This document shows, one piece after another, positions 37,801 through 51,000 of a DNA stretch of 64,000 nucleotides. The stretch comes from Saccostrea echinata (lineage: Eukaryota): the NCBI RefSeq assembly GCF_033153115.1, contig NW_026889777.1, positions 13,640,001 to 13,704,000 on the forward strand, given 5' to 3'. Numbering within the stretch: position 1 is the stretch's first letter; every line of letters begins with the position of its first letter. Below the pieces are notes generated by a model. The model did not search any database, had not been told where the DNA came from, and saw only the letters and a list, made by a program, of their open reading frames with translations. A program made the position numbers and the translations under genes.

Positions 37801-40800
37801 ATATCAGAGCACAAAACCATTTCTTATATATTTATTAATAATTTCACCTGATATTCTGATGAGAAAATATTGGAATTTCGTTTTATCTGATACAAAAATT
37901 TGGACTATCATAGTGTTTCTTGATAATCAGCACCTTGTTCACACCTCCAACTTCGTATGTGAGGCCTTTGTTTACACAGTTTGACACCAATTACCTTGAC
38001 TGGCTTGAGTACGATAATGAGGGGATTAGTTACGGCTGGATGCACACAGGCACCTTATCTGTGTCAATAGTGGGCATAGTAAATAGATATGTTTTGATTA
38101 CAGTTGTGATGATCAGCTTGGATTCAATGATGCACTTGTTAATTATGACAGTTATTTGTAATTTTTTCAGCGTGAAATTTTAATTATTGAACTGATTAGC
38201 TTGTGTATGACAATTTGCTTGGATAATGAAATAAGCCTATTCAATCGTTTAACTTGGTCAATTGGCTTAATATTTACTCACTTTTCAGTGCAAAATTTAC
38301 GGTAAAAATCACAAATGGCCCATTCTATAAAAATACGTCTCAAAATTCATACCATCTTTCTCCACATGGCTCTCAAAATCTCTCTTCAGCAGACAAGAAT
38401 AAGACTGGTAAACTCACACACAGTATAAAATATGTAACCGTATTAAAGAAACAAATAAAAACGAAACAATTACATATATTTAATATTTTTGTTTATTTTT
38501 AATTTACAATCTATCCAGGGAAAAATAGTTTACGGTTATTAGTCAAGCATTTAGTCTACTTCCGTTTCCAAAATGGCGACCATCGAAGAAGGAATGTAAA
38601 CATGTGCTGAAGAAAGATGGCAATAACTATCAAAGAATATATTCTATACGTCAATTTATTTGAAAAAAGAATTCACATTAAATTCATAGGTAAGTGAAAT
38701 AAATTATTTTTAGTAAAGTCATTAAGTAAACATGTCAAAAGAAAACGAAAGTGCAAGCTTGAAATTTGCTACGATGTATTATCAATACATGTAGCTCTAT
38801 ACATCTATCTTTGGACTCGGTATGGAGCAATCGGTTATTCTAATTTTCGGCTATTCGGCTAAAACTAGGCTGACAACTTGACTATTCGATAAAACGGGAA
38901 CCACTGTACCAGTGTAGGCAGGTTAGAGATATATTGAGGGTACTGAGTACAGCAATGAAAAGGCATACAAATTCATCATAATCAGTTGATGCGCACATTT
39001 TTTGAGACACATGGGACATTTGGTCTTGTGTACTTGAGAAACACACAGGACAGAACTAAATTTTCTCACTCCGAAAAACCTGATGTAAGAAAGTGAAACG
39101 TAGATATGCAGAACCAATGAAATATCTCATAATACTTGAATACTTGAGATGGTACATGTAGTTATAATCACACTGAGTCTCATTTACATACAGTGTACTT
39201 GGATTTGTGCAATATTTTTAGTTTAATTTAAAAAAAAAGCGTTTTTATGACTCCATGTCAAAATAGTAAATTCTCAAAACTGGACACTGGGACATCATAC
39301 ATTCCAGTCTGGTGCAGAGTTGTCAAAATTTTTAAATCACTGTCAGACATTTGGTCTGATTTTTGTGATTTTTATGACTTTTTTCAAAACACATCACGTA
39401 AACATTCAAATGAGTTGCATCACTGAATAATAAAGGATTGTAACATGCGTAACATGGTCATACTGCCAATTTTACAGAAAAACTCAATTTGAGCAGGAAA
39501 CATATCAAATGCATTTCATTTTAGCAACTTCCTTCTTGAGTACAGACCTGTATTAAGACTGATTTTGATCAATTAAAGGTCAAGTAAATTTACATTGTCA
39601 GGCCCCTGCCCCCTTCATGTCCTACAATATCTACAACCCACTAGAATGTAGCTCTTTATAAATGCTCTCAATGGGTGTATCTCAGATCTTCTCGGGAGTG
39701 AAAGGGCTCAAATAGGCACTGTTGCCTGGCATCCAGTCTTAATTCCTTTTTTTAACTAAATATTGTTTAAAAAACTCAGACCATACCTGGAGCGAAGATC
39801 TGAGAAGCTGACATTGTTAGACAGACCCTCTTTTCCCTCCATCTGTTCCACTTCCTCTATAAACCCATCCACAAGACTGTCCAGTTCCTGGGTAAAAGCC
39901 TGCTGGAGTTCCTGCTTCAGTTGCTGAAATCATAACATCGACACGTGATTATGGTAACGCTCGAACAGTAAGATTGTACTAAGAACAGCATAAATTAAGT
40001 CACATTCAAGTTAACATATAATCATGTGAAATCAATTTCTTTTTTGATTTTTGATTTAACATTTGCATGTTCAAACATTTCTGTATCATATAATAATGTA
40101 CTGTAGATGTACTTTTTTTCTGCGTGGGATTAATTAAGACACGTATGCGGTGATGTCACAGTATCTAATTTTCCGTGGAAATTTGTCACAGCATACTAAA
40201 TGTACATAAGACATACAAAGGCAATCCAAAAAATTCCATTTGATTTTCTACTCATGGATTAAACTGAAACTGTGACGCCCAATGGACAAAGTATGTTTAT
40301 AGTATAAATATAAGTTACTGAAATATGAGTTGATATATATAATTTTTGTATTAGTGTGCTGTACATTTCACAACAATAAAGAAATCATGTATTTATAACC
40401 AGTGTCATACATACCTGAGCTTGAGACTTTATCTTCTGGTAGCCGATTTGAGAGTTCATCTTATTTATCCAAGTTATATCTGAGCAAAATAAAAGAACTT
40501 ATGAAGTAAAAGTTTTTCTGTATCAACAACAAACATAAATATACATGTAATATATTTCAAGCCACCACCACCCCCCCTCCCATCCCAAACACACAAATTA
40601 CTATGTGCCATTACAGGTGATTAGTTGACTGAAACTTCGAAGTGTTGCAAAAGTTCTTTGGGTTTTCATGTGCTTAACATAGGTAATCAAAGATTACATA
40701 GCTTACCTCAATGAATATTATCCTTAACTAAACTACACTAAAAATCTAATAATATATATGATTCCAAAAATGTGTTTGGTCCAGGTTGGGTTTATAGTTA

Positions 40801-41607
40801 CTTGGAAATGGAGTTGTTCTAAAAACGTCAACCTGGTCACTTAATATCTAAAAAGTGAAGGTCAGATCTAGCATCCAAATCAAGTCTGTTTGTGTGCATG
40901 TATTGATGCATAATCCATACATGTTTGGTCCAGGTAGGCCTTATGATTTATAATGTTTATACATACATGTAGCTATTTAGGAATGGATCAGATCAAAAAA
41001 CTTAACATGGTCACTCATCCGGAAATATGTAGGTCTGATCCAGCATACAAATCAAGTCCAGTAGTCTAGAATACCTAGCTGTATCACCACACAAGTTTGC
41101 TCTAGGAAGGGCTTAAATTCAACTGAAATGAATGTGCTCCAAAATCTTTAACTTGGTCACTACTTGGCCTTTCATTCTCCAATCGCCAATATTAAAATAT
41201 CGTGAATTAACTACAGATACAGATAGTACATACGTCCCGGTAGATGTTAGATACTTGAACTTTAAATACTTTTGTGGCCATTGACCTTCGACATTTGAGC
41301 ATCATATTAAAAAAAAAATACGTTTCAAAATTACATAATAAACACGTTTTTATTCATCATAATCGTAGGCCTAGTGATTTTTCTCGGAGCGTTTAGGTTA
41401 GTAAATATTGGTTGTGGGAAAATAAAATATATAATTATGAAGCTAAAATTACGCAGTTAATAATGTTGAACACATCATCTTGTATCCTCAGTATGTTGAT
41501 CACGATGTAGGAAAAAATCCTGTTAAAAGATACAGACCATCTACATTTTCCGCTACCGGACGGTGGAAACCATTTTCCAGTGGTCTATTAATGTCCCCCT
41601 CACTCAT
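28141..41607 (-). CDS. SOAT1: Sterol O-acyltransferase (ACAT, MBOAT family), ~531 aa. Exons 41538-41607, 40415-40479, 39787-39923, 35619-35684, 33579-33686, 33096-33244, 32407-32534, 31899-31968, 31413-31506, 30310-30506, 30083-30159, 29745-29843, 29025-29157, 28389-28525, 28141-28206
   Basis: Spliced translation gives [33 protein letters not shown]|[75 protein letters not shown] (catalytic His), EWYAR and PRSWTC. All phases consistent. The first exon is the least certain (weak GTCTGT donor). Confidence 0.92.
28757..28810. repeat. (TA)n microsatellite
   Basis: Direct reading. Confidence 0.95.
30570..30639 (-). mobile_element. tRNA-derived SINE head or tRNA pseudogene
   Basis: GCCCATGTAGTTCAGTTGGTAGAAC...GGTTCTAATCC: A box present, B box mutated, acceptor stem poor. 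Confidence 0.55.
31119..31450 (-). repeat. 42-bp tandem array duplicating the SOAT1 exon-9 3' end and splice donor (7 extra copies)
   Basis: TTACCTT(G/T)GATA at 31119, 31161, 31203, 31245, 31287, 31329, 31371 and 31409. Confidence 0.95.
34831..35278. repeat. 102-bp direct duplication (34831-34932 and 35177-35278)
   Basis: Copies look identical by eye. Confidence 0.85.
37069..37344. mobile_element. pogo/Tigger-like MITE containing an 85-bp palindrome
   Basis: TA-CAGTAAAACTCG ... CGAGTTTTACTC-TA, with the palindrome at 37241-37325. Confidence 0.7.
40740..41160. repeat. Degenerate ~170-bp tandem repeat (HINE-type satellite)
   Basis: AAC(C/A/T)TGGTCACT recurs at ~40830, ~41004 and ~41150. GTTTGGTCCAGG recurs. 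Confidence 0.5.
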
Positions 41608-41929
41608 TTTCAATGTGTTTTCCACACAGTTTTCTACTCAACAATCATACAATGATTTATAAAACTTTCATCACCGTCATTATAATGATTGGTCCTCACG
41701 TGGTGGACTAGGAACCAGTTAAATAAAATGTAGTGTTGGAAATCAACACGGTCTGTCGGCAATTTTCCGTCTGTAATTATCATAGTGCAAATGTTTTGAT
41801 AATTTGTATGTTTAATGTTTGTTGTATTCTGTATTCATGACAATTATCCAACGTTTGTGTTGTAAATAAATGAATTTAATTGAATAATCAAATTTCTCAA
41901 AATACATAAAACCTATTCATATGTGTGTG

Positions 41930-42085
41930 TAGCTGCAGAACTGCATCCTGACAAATTCAGAGGTCCTGAGTCAACACGTTGCCGTTGGACAGCAACGTAA
42001 TGACTCAGGATCTCTGACGGTGCTGGACGGCAACGTGTTGACTCAGGGCTCCTGATGCTGTGAGGATGGCAGAACTGTCTGTAGC
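41930..42085. mobile_element. Hairpin MITE upstream of SOAT1
   Basis: CCTGAGTCAACACGTTGCCGT is the inverse of ACGGCAACGTGTTGACTCAGG, with outer CATCCT/AGGATG arms. Confidence 0.6.
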
Positions 42086-42769
42086 GTTATGGTTTTACAT
42101 ATTTTTTGTCTTTGACCATAACGCTACAGATGCCGCAATGCAAATGTATTTCTCTACTGGCCAGCATTGGTCAATCAAGTACCTTTCATTCCTTAATTCT
42201 AGACATATCCTATTACCAACCTGTATTTTTTATTCATTTAATATCCGAAACTACAAAAAAATCCGGAGTAAAAAATGGTAGGGGCAAAACCCCTGGCCCT
42301 ACAAGTTTTTTTTTCTATCCGCCTGTACATTAGTTTCCACGCTGTATTATTACTAGGTTTTGTTGGCTTCTAAAATATGAAATACAGAAAATATGCTGTT
42401 TTTGAGTGAAATTATTTTGAAAGGGACATAAAACTACAAACAGTCGATTAGTCAATCAAGACGTTCACTATACACAAGTGCAAATATGCTTAATTTTTAA
42501 TGCAGAGATATGGATAAAAGAACAATTGGAAGTCCAAAAAGTCATGACATTTTTTTCCGTTACCGTCATCATCTGTCCTCAAATAAATCAAAGTTGATAA
42601 ATTTACAACGGATTCAGTGCTGATTTCTTTTCCTATAAACATGATAAAACAAAAAGAAATCTAAGATTAACAACTTTACAAAATTAAACATGTTAAAGGA
42701 GTAAATGTAGTTCATTTCTTTTACTTGTATTTTGCAATGGTCCTTTTGTTTTTCCAAGAAATATTATCA

Positions 42770-43270
42770 CATCTAATTTTGTATTCATATGAATCAGAAT
42801 TAATTCCAAATCGTATGTATATACACAAGAAGAAGAAAACACTTGCTGTGGTCTTCAACTCGACATTTAGACTTGTATATATCGACCAAATTACTATCTA
42901 TATCAACAATAGTTATTTGCTTTCATATGTCTACTCAATATATCCCAGCGAGCTTGAAATAAAAGATACCACAGAGTCTTACACATCTATTCAGCAAATA
43001 CAATCTATCATTAAGTCAAATGCTGAATCACCTTTTTCATGATAATTGTTGGCCATTTTTACACACTGAATTGTCTACAGATTTTTCCGTTTTTCCCGAT
43101 CATGACAATGAGCACACGGTGGGTGTGACCGGTCAGTAGGGGATGCTCTCTCCTCAATGGCACCTGATCCCATGCACCTCTGATGTTTTAGAGGTCCGTG
43201 TTTGCTCTGCTCCCGATTTGTATTGTTTAAATGGACTTGTGAGCTTGTAAACTGTTCGTTATCTTCATAA
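42770..43270 (+). mobile_element. Naiad PLE 3' fragment (RT remnant and 3' end)
   Basis: Colinear with 56150-56930, with an internal deletion. Confidence 0.8.
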
Positions 43271-43694
43271 CTTATCTAGTTAATTCTATTTACGCATAGG
43301 TTTCTATTAAAAACCCAGAGAATTCTCCTATTTATTCCTCATAATGAGGTCGACTTCTAAAACGTTAGACTCTGCTCATTTAAATACATGACTGTATAGT
43401 CAGTACAAAGCAGGCAGGTACTATCAGGGTAGGGCATAAAATAATAATAAAGGCTTTAGCCTTTATTTATCATAGATGGCATAGTCTAACAACAATGCTA
43501 GTTCTTCTTACAGGGTCTGAAAGGCCATATTTCAAACAATATGGGCAAACATGTATGGTTGAATTTCTTTCATATTACATATAAAGAGAGGTTTTATACC
43601 CTGGAACAAAATGTCAAAGTTTGAACAGAATTGAATTTGAGGAAAAGTTTGGCCTATCTATTGTGTACCACCTTAATTCTTAAAATATGTCTTG

Positions 43695-43782
43695 GGTGTT
43701 TATAAGATTTGCCTTGGATGTTCATAAGATATGCCATGAGTGTTCATAAGATATGTCTTGAGTGTTCATAAGATGTGTCTTA
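43695..43782. repeat. 22-bp minisatellite (GTGTTCATAAGATATGTCTTGA), about 4 units
   Basis: Direct reading. Confidence 0.75.
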
Positions 43783-44692
43783 AAATATAAATGTTAGGAC
43801 TTCTCTTATGAGGAAGGATCTTAAGGTGCCCTTTTGAACATTATATATTATTCTTTATTTTCTAAATACATATGTATTATCACAATTTTCTAACATTATA
43901 CACAGAAAAATCAGAATGGTGTGGTATGACGCTTCTATACATGAAAAATAGCGCATATGTTATAGAACAAATTTGCATGGTATGACGCTTCTATACGTGA
44001 TGAATAGTATGAACATTGTAACACATTATAAATACATGTACTTATATACATATAATTATAAAGATAAGACATACAAAGAATGAATTACTCTTTTTTTCAT
44101 TTCTTAACTTATATAATTAAAAGCTAAGTGAAAAAAATTCCTATAATTATAAAACATGTTAAAAAACTGTTTTCAATAATGAACAATGTATCTGAGTGAT
44201 TAGATTAAAAGTTCTGTGATAAATTATCGAGTATTTAGAAACTGTATATTAGCTGCTTGTCATTCACATGAAAAAAAATGGTTTTGCAATTATTAAACAT
44301 GTAACAATAGCATTAGGTTTTTGCTTACAGTTATTCAATCTAATTAATGAATAAAATTAAAAAAAGAAAGAAAGAAAGAAATTCATGCTCAGATTTGACA
44401 TTGAAAATGAATAACCAAAGTTTAGAAAAATCCATTTTTCTTCACGCCACAATCCATGATACGCTAAATATGTAATGAACTATTATGCTAGATCAACTAT
44501 AATTCCAAATAGATAAATAGTTGAAATAACATTCTACGAAATTTAAATCACTGTGTTTATTGAAGGGCAGTCCTCGAACTTGTAATGAATTATGCGGAAA
44601 CTATTAAACAGAACACGGAAGAAGCTTTTTCTTCCTGATAGATCCAATATTTCATGCCTTTATTAAACTTTTTTTTACATTCGTGTGATAAA

Positions 44693-45018
44693 ATGAAATC
44701 TCTTTTAAATCTGTTTCTGTTTTTTGGACATTTATCATTTTTATTAGCGTACAATATGGATGTTGAAAAACCCTTAATTTATTTTGGTGTCGCAGGAGAC
44801 CAGTTTGGATATTCCACAGAAATCTTATCTAACAACGAAGAAAAGCGGTGAGTTTACGTGTTTTTGTTTTGTGTTGTTTATAAGGCATTTGATAGAATGA
44901 TTCTGAACAATGCAAAGGGAGTGGGGTGAGAAAAACATCTATCAGTGTACAAATTATTACATTAGTAAGTAAATAAGTGAGTAAGTAATTATGTAAGAAA
45001 GCAAGTAAGTAAGTAAAT

Positions 45019-45068
<50 letters not shown>

Positions 45069-48000
45069 GTGTCACCTGCCAAATATTACAAATAAAACAA
45101 TACAGTTACAATTGCATGTAAAATACTGGCATCCTGCCTCAACGACATATGAGACACTAAAAAAAAAACCTAAAATTTAAAAAAATGCATATAAATTATA
45201 TCTTTTTCCACAATTTAAAAACCCTTAGATACCCCAGGGCTCATTTAAAACATTTGCTTGTCTGTTTCCTTCTTTTGTAGATTAGAAATGTTTTGGCTAC
45301 CAAAGCTTGTACATTAGTGTATGCGAAACACGACTGAAAAAAGTTCAAACTCAATGTTTAGAGAAATGTCTTTCAGTTCAGAATGTACATAAAGGCACTA
45401 GCTGATAGATTATAACTTACTGATGTTATCGTTTTTCATTTAAAGAAGTACGTTTGGGTGAAAAGAATCGGATCATAAACTTTTTAAACAGAAATGCTTT
45501 AATTATATTTACATTTCAATGATTTATTTATCCTATGCACAAACTATATTGACAGACTGTCTAGGGTTTATTTCCCGATCTTAGCTTAAATAGTACTGCA
45601 TGACTTCAATATGAAATATGAGGACAATGGATAACAATCAAGCTCAAAAGTCTTATATAAATTTTAATAAAAACCGAAAGCAGAGCAAACTCGAACCCCG
45701 AAAACACCAGATGTGGGATCAGGCGCCGTGAAGGAGAAACATCGCCTGTCGACCGGTCCCGCCCGGCGTATGCTCTTTGTCTGAATCGAGTAAACGGAGC
45801 AATCCGTAGACATTTATGAAAATACTGGCCAAAAAATTTGTATTCAAAACGTTAGTTAACATTCGACCATTGTTTTGAAATAAAGATCAATATCACAAAC
45901 ATGTCGCAAAGTAGACTTCTGCGTTAAAGCTAATCTTTTTTAAGTTTTTCTATGGACAACATTACAGGTAGAATTAGTTTGCAAAGTATATCACAATATG
46001 TAAACTATTAATAGAATAGTATTTGTCAAGAATAGTGAATATCAGATAATATTGTTTTTTTTTTATTTCCCACTGGTTGATTTATTTTCCTAAAATAAAT
46101 ACCAACAATTTCTAGGAAATAAAACTTCTTCCTTTTCGCGAAGTAATTTAAGCACATTTTTATATTGATCTGTCAAAAAATTCATATGAATAATATAACT
46201 GAGGTAAGACGTACAAAATAGTAATATGTATACATGTATATGTATATGTCATTTATAACAGCTGCACTAAAGCTGATCGGAAAGATGAGACCAAAAAAAG
46301 GTAAATTGTATATCCAAACCTTACAATTTAAAATAGATAGTGGTTTGTGTCCCAAAATCGCCACTGAAAATTGCCATTGTCAGCTATAAACACGTGATGA
46401 TGCTACAGAATAAGAGAATAATGAAACCCCTTCCTGGTCATGAAGATATTTGATCACACTTACATGGAATTACCAAAGTAATACAATAGAAAGAGTTTGA
46501 AGTAATGCCATCTTTAAAAAAAATTGTTTGTTTGCCCTCTCCCTACCGATTGACTAAAATGTGCCCTACTTAAAAAACTTTTTTTAACCTCTAGGAAACT
46601 ATTATTTATTTATCATTCATTCCGAAAATTTTTGTCCCGTACACGGACATTTTAATTTTAATAATACCTTTAATTTTGATAGAGTTTAAAAAATTCAGCA
46701 TTGATGTTGAAATTTTCTTGGGAAAAAAATTTCCCACCTACCTACCGACCCATTATTTTATCCTGGGTCGGGAGAGGGCAAACAAACATTTTTTTTTAAA
46801 TATGGCCTGAAATTAAACTAACACCACTATCAACAACAACTCTCTAACATGTTTGAGTAGACGTTAGTTTGATACACTGTCCTGGCGTATGACTGTAAAT
46901 AATAGAAAGTTGATGCACATAATAATGTGCAAAATCCAAAAAAGTGTACTTCTTGTAAGTCAGATAAACCAAACAATCATTTATTGAAATTTTCTAATTA
47001 ATCATTAATCAGAATTTATTTTGATAAAAGGGGATAATCTCAATTCATAGATGTACATTTCGCGACATCAACATAATAAGTATTTAATATGATACATATA
47101 TTGTTTTCACCGCAACATTAGAGATTTTTGATTCATCAAAATATTCTATATCGGTACAAATCTTTATTTAATTCGATGAAATAAAATAATTGTAATACCT
47201 TTAAGAATTTCCTTTATAGTTCTTTGCAAAAAAATTCAAACATTTTTTTATTTTATTATTTTTATTGAGCGATCTAAAAAGTACCATATTGAACCAGTCG
47301 GAGGGATTTTTGACCTAGATGACGTTTTAAATACATAATGAACAATTGGATAAATATTAATATACACGTAGGTTCCATAATTTGTGCGAGCGTTTTAGAG
47401 GTTACTTCCAGCTCGAATTCCTTAATTGTTTCGAGTGTCTAAAGGGACGTGGCCAGTGAGGGTTCTTTATCGTGCCATTGCCTACCAAGACACGGAGCCT
47501 CGGTTTTTAAGGTCTCCTCCGAAGGACCTGCAACTTTCACTTCAGAGTGCCGAGCGCTTGGTGAAGGAACAGTTGCTATCTATTTTTTATCGACTTGGGT
47601 CAGTCGAGGTCATGATTCGAACACACATTATTAATCAGAATTTATTTTGATAAAAGGGGATAATATCATTTTATAGATGTACATTTTGTCGACATCAAAA
47701 TAATGAGTATTTAATGTACTCATTATAACATTTGTTCTAATTTGTTATATAATATTTGATATTTATGATTTATCAAAATATTCTACATCAGTACATTTCT
47801 ATGAAATAAAATCATTAAAAAAATTCCTTTATAATTCGATGCAAGAAAAGTTTAGCATTTCCTATATTTTTATTGAGCGGTCTAAAACGTGGCGTGTTGG
47901 ACCGGTGGGTGAGATGTTGTACGCGTGTTGGACCGGTCGGTGAAATGTTGGACCGAGCTCTAGACGACGTTTTTATTAGGCGGGATTAATAAATATATAA

Positions 48001-51000
48001 TAATATTACACCCAAATTACATGATGAACAATTGGATAACCGTAGGTTCCGTAATTTGTGCGAGTAATTTAACTCGAGTTCCTTATTCGTTTCAATATAT
48101 CTAAAGTGATGTGGCCTGTTGGTTTTAATCCATATTACTTTAGGAGCATATATAAACAATCAAGTTTTTGATACAGCATGTGATGTACATTTCAAATTAT
48201 TGAAAGATCAGGATAAAGTTTATAAAGTATTAATCCTTTGGTATTGTTTGTATTCAAACAATGGCGTTTTAAATTGATTGGCACTAATTTTGTAAGCTTG
48301 TACTGGCCAAATGGATCCAACCTTTCCTTTTAAACCAGGTTCCACCAGTAAATTAGTTTTCCCCAAAAGCAATGCATGATCCCATGAGTTTATAGCTAGT
48401 GTGTTTTTAGAGCAGCAAATACAGAGTCTACCAAACTGCTTACTCCATCATTATTAGTGAATATTTCGTTGCTCTCCATCAGTAAAATAATAACATAGAA
48501 GGCATTTGGAGTCGAATGAATCCCGACAGCGATGACCGAAATTAAAATAGGTAATCATTCTATATATGTCGTAAGTTGTATGTATTCAGACTGACTAAAA
48601 TGGTCTAGAATTTGAAGTTATTTGCTTTCAAGACTAATTAAAACTGTATTCATAATTATTATTTAAAGGATTGTGATCGGTGCACCAGCAACCTCTCTAT
48701 TGCCTGAATCCAACCGTAGTGGACTCCTTTTTTCATGTCCAGTAGAACCAATGGAGCCGAAAACAAACTTCTCTGGCTGTGTAAAAGTACAACCTGAAAG
48801 TAAAATACTTATTATACATTATTTATATTTTTTATTTTCTTTATTAAAATGACTGATGTAAATGTATCATTATGTTTAGAAATTTAAACAAAAAAAAAGT
48901 TTTCTTTAGTTGTTAGTACTTGAATTAATGTCACAGCTGTTGCAGAAAAAATACATAAGCCGCGTAAGTGGGTTATGTAAATTTTTTTTCTGCAAAAGGT
49001 GCGACGTCAATTCACGTACTAAAAAACAAAGAGAGTCATTTCATTGTTTATATTTATATCTTTATTGAAAAAAAACATTCAAAGTAAATTAAATATGTTA
49101 AAAATTGTATTATAGATGTGTATGTCATTGTATGCATAATTGACGGAAAAAAGCCATTGCTGAAGAAATCTATGCAAGGGGGCTTGCTTAGTATTGTTTA
49201 CTGACTGATTAACGGCAATGTATTTTATAAGTCATAAAGGAAATAATATTCTGTGGATGTAAATATATGACAATTAAGAGGCCCATGGGCAATAATGGTT
49301 CCCTCATATACTATGGTCCTGCTCTTCTTCGTCAGCAGATTTTCCCCCATTATATTCCTATGTGGCTCTATTCCATCCCCGGGGTCATGATTTAAACAAA
49401 CTTGATTCTACACTACATGAGGATGCTTCCTTATAAATTTGATATCAAAACTTTGCTGTTCTTGAGAAGAAGATTTTCAAAGATCTTTTCCTATTATTCC
49501 TATATATATATAAAACTTTGATCGGCTATTGTGGACCCACCCTACCCCGGGGTCATGATTCTAACAAACTTAATCTACACTACCTCAGAATGCTTCCATA
49601 TAAATATGACTAATCATGGTTTTTTTTAATTCTTACAGAAAAAGATATTTAAACATTTCTTCCTATGTATATATTCCTATGTAAAACTGTGATCGCCCAT
49701 TGAGGCACTATTCAACCCCCGGGGGTCATTATTTTCACAAACTTGAATCTTCACTATTTAATGAGGCTATTACATAAGTTTCATCTTTTGGCCCTGTGCA
49801 CGTGGTTCTTGAAAAGAAGATTGTTGAAAGATGCCATTAAAATTGCACTAATTCTTAATTACACGTATATTCCCTTGAAAAAAGGCACGTCCATTCATTT
49901 GGGGAAAAAATTGAATCCCCTTCACCAAATAATGCTCTAAGCCATGTTTGGTTGAAATTGGCCCAGTGATTCTGGAGTAGAAGAAGTTTAACGTTTACAA
50001 TGACGACGACGACAACGACAACGACAACAACGACGAATGGACGTAAGACAAGGGATGAATTCCGATCAGAAAAGCTCACTTAAGTTTATGGCAAAGGTGG
50101 GCTGAAAAAAGGGATTGAAAAATATTATAATACATGTATTTCCATTTCTTTGCTATTATTGATCGTCGCTGAGGCAAAATTATACTTTATACAAAATAAC
50201 TTACATGTACGAAAATTATTTTGCCTCAGTGGTAAATAATGTATTTAAAGATCAATTGAATAAGTGAATTATATGTAAGAATTTTGATAATATACTGAAA
50301 GGAAAAAGAAACGCAGGGTAACATAATATGCGAACATTTTTTGACTGTATAACCGAAAATTATGAAAATTGTTCAAAGGGATATCTTGGTTACTGTGCAT
50401 TAAAATCAGTGTTCAGAACTACTCAACCGTGAAATGTATGACGTCACAGAAGAAAAGTGGTAAAAAGCCGAAAACACGTGCATATCGATGACGACATGTT
50501 TTTCAAAACATCTCGTAGTACCATTTGCTGCACTTAAGTTATACACATCGTTTTTCGATATTAACAGTCGATTTGCATTTCTTGAAATCAGGGTACGGTT
50601 GACGGAAGTACCATGGGGTCTTGCTATTGCATTGCCTAAGTAAGGACAAAGGCAACGACAGGTTTCTGTACAGTTTGCTGCGAATTTTTCCACAATAGTA
50701 GGTCTTACCCGTCCTCAGAGAGGGCGTAGAAAGGTTTCCAACCAACCGTGACGATGACGTTGAAGCGTAACAGCGCCACGTCAAGATCGGGCTATTCATC
50801 CTGCCACCTGTATAATCACCATCACATTACCCTAAAACTGCTGTTAATACAGCAGGCTATCATAATCGTTACATTCATCCCAAAACTGAAGGAAATCGAT
50901 AACGCGATTTTGATTTGTGAGCTCGTCAACTGTACGTAAGTGTTCCTCTAACTCGCGCATGTGTGCGTCGTTTGCCTATTTTTTTTTTATGTTAACCCAC

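Noticed and set aside
38352-38405. Alternative SOAT1 first coding exon (MWRKM|gtatga)
   Set aside because: Its phase-0 donor does not match the phase-2 acceptor of the next SOAT1 exon at 35684
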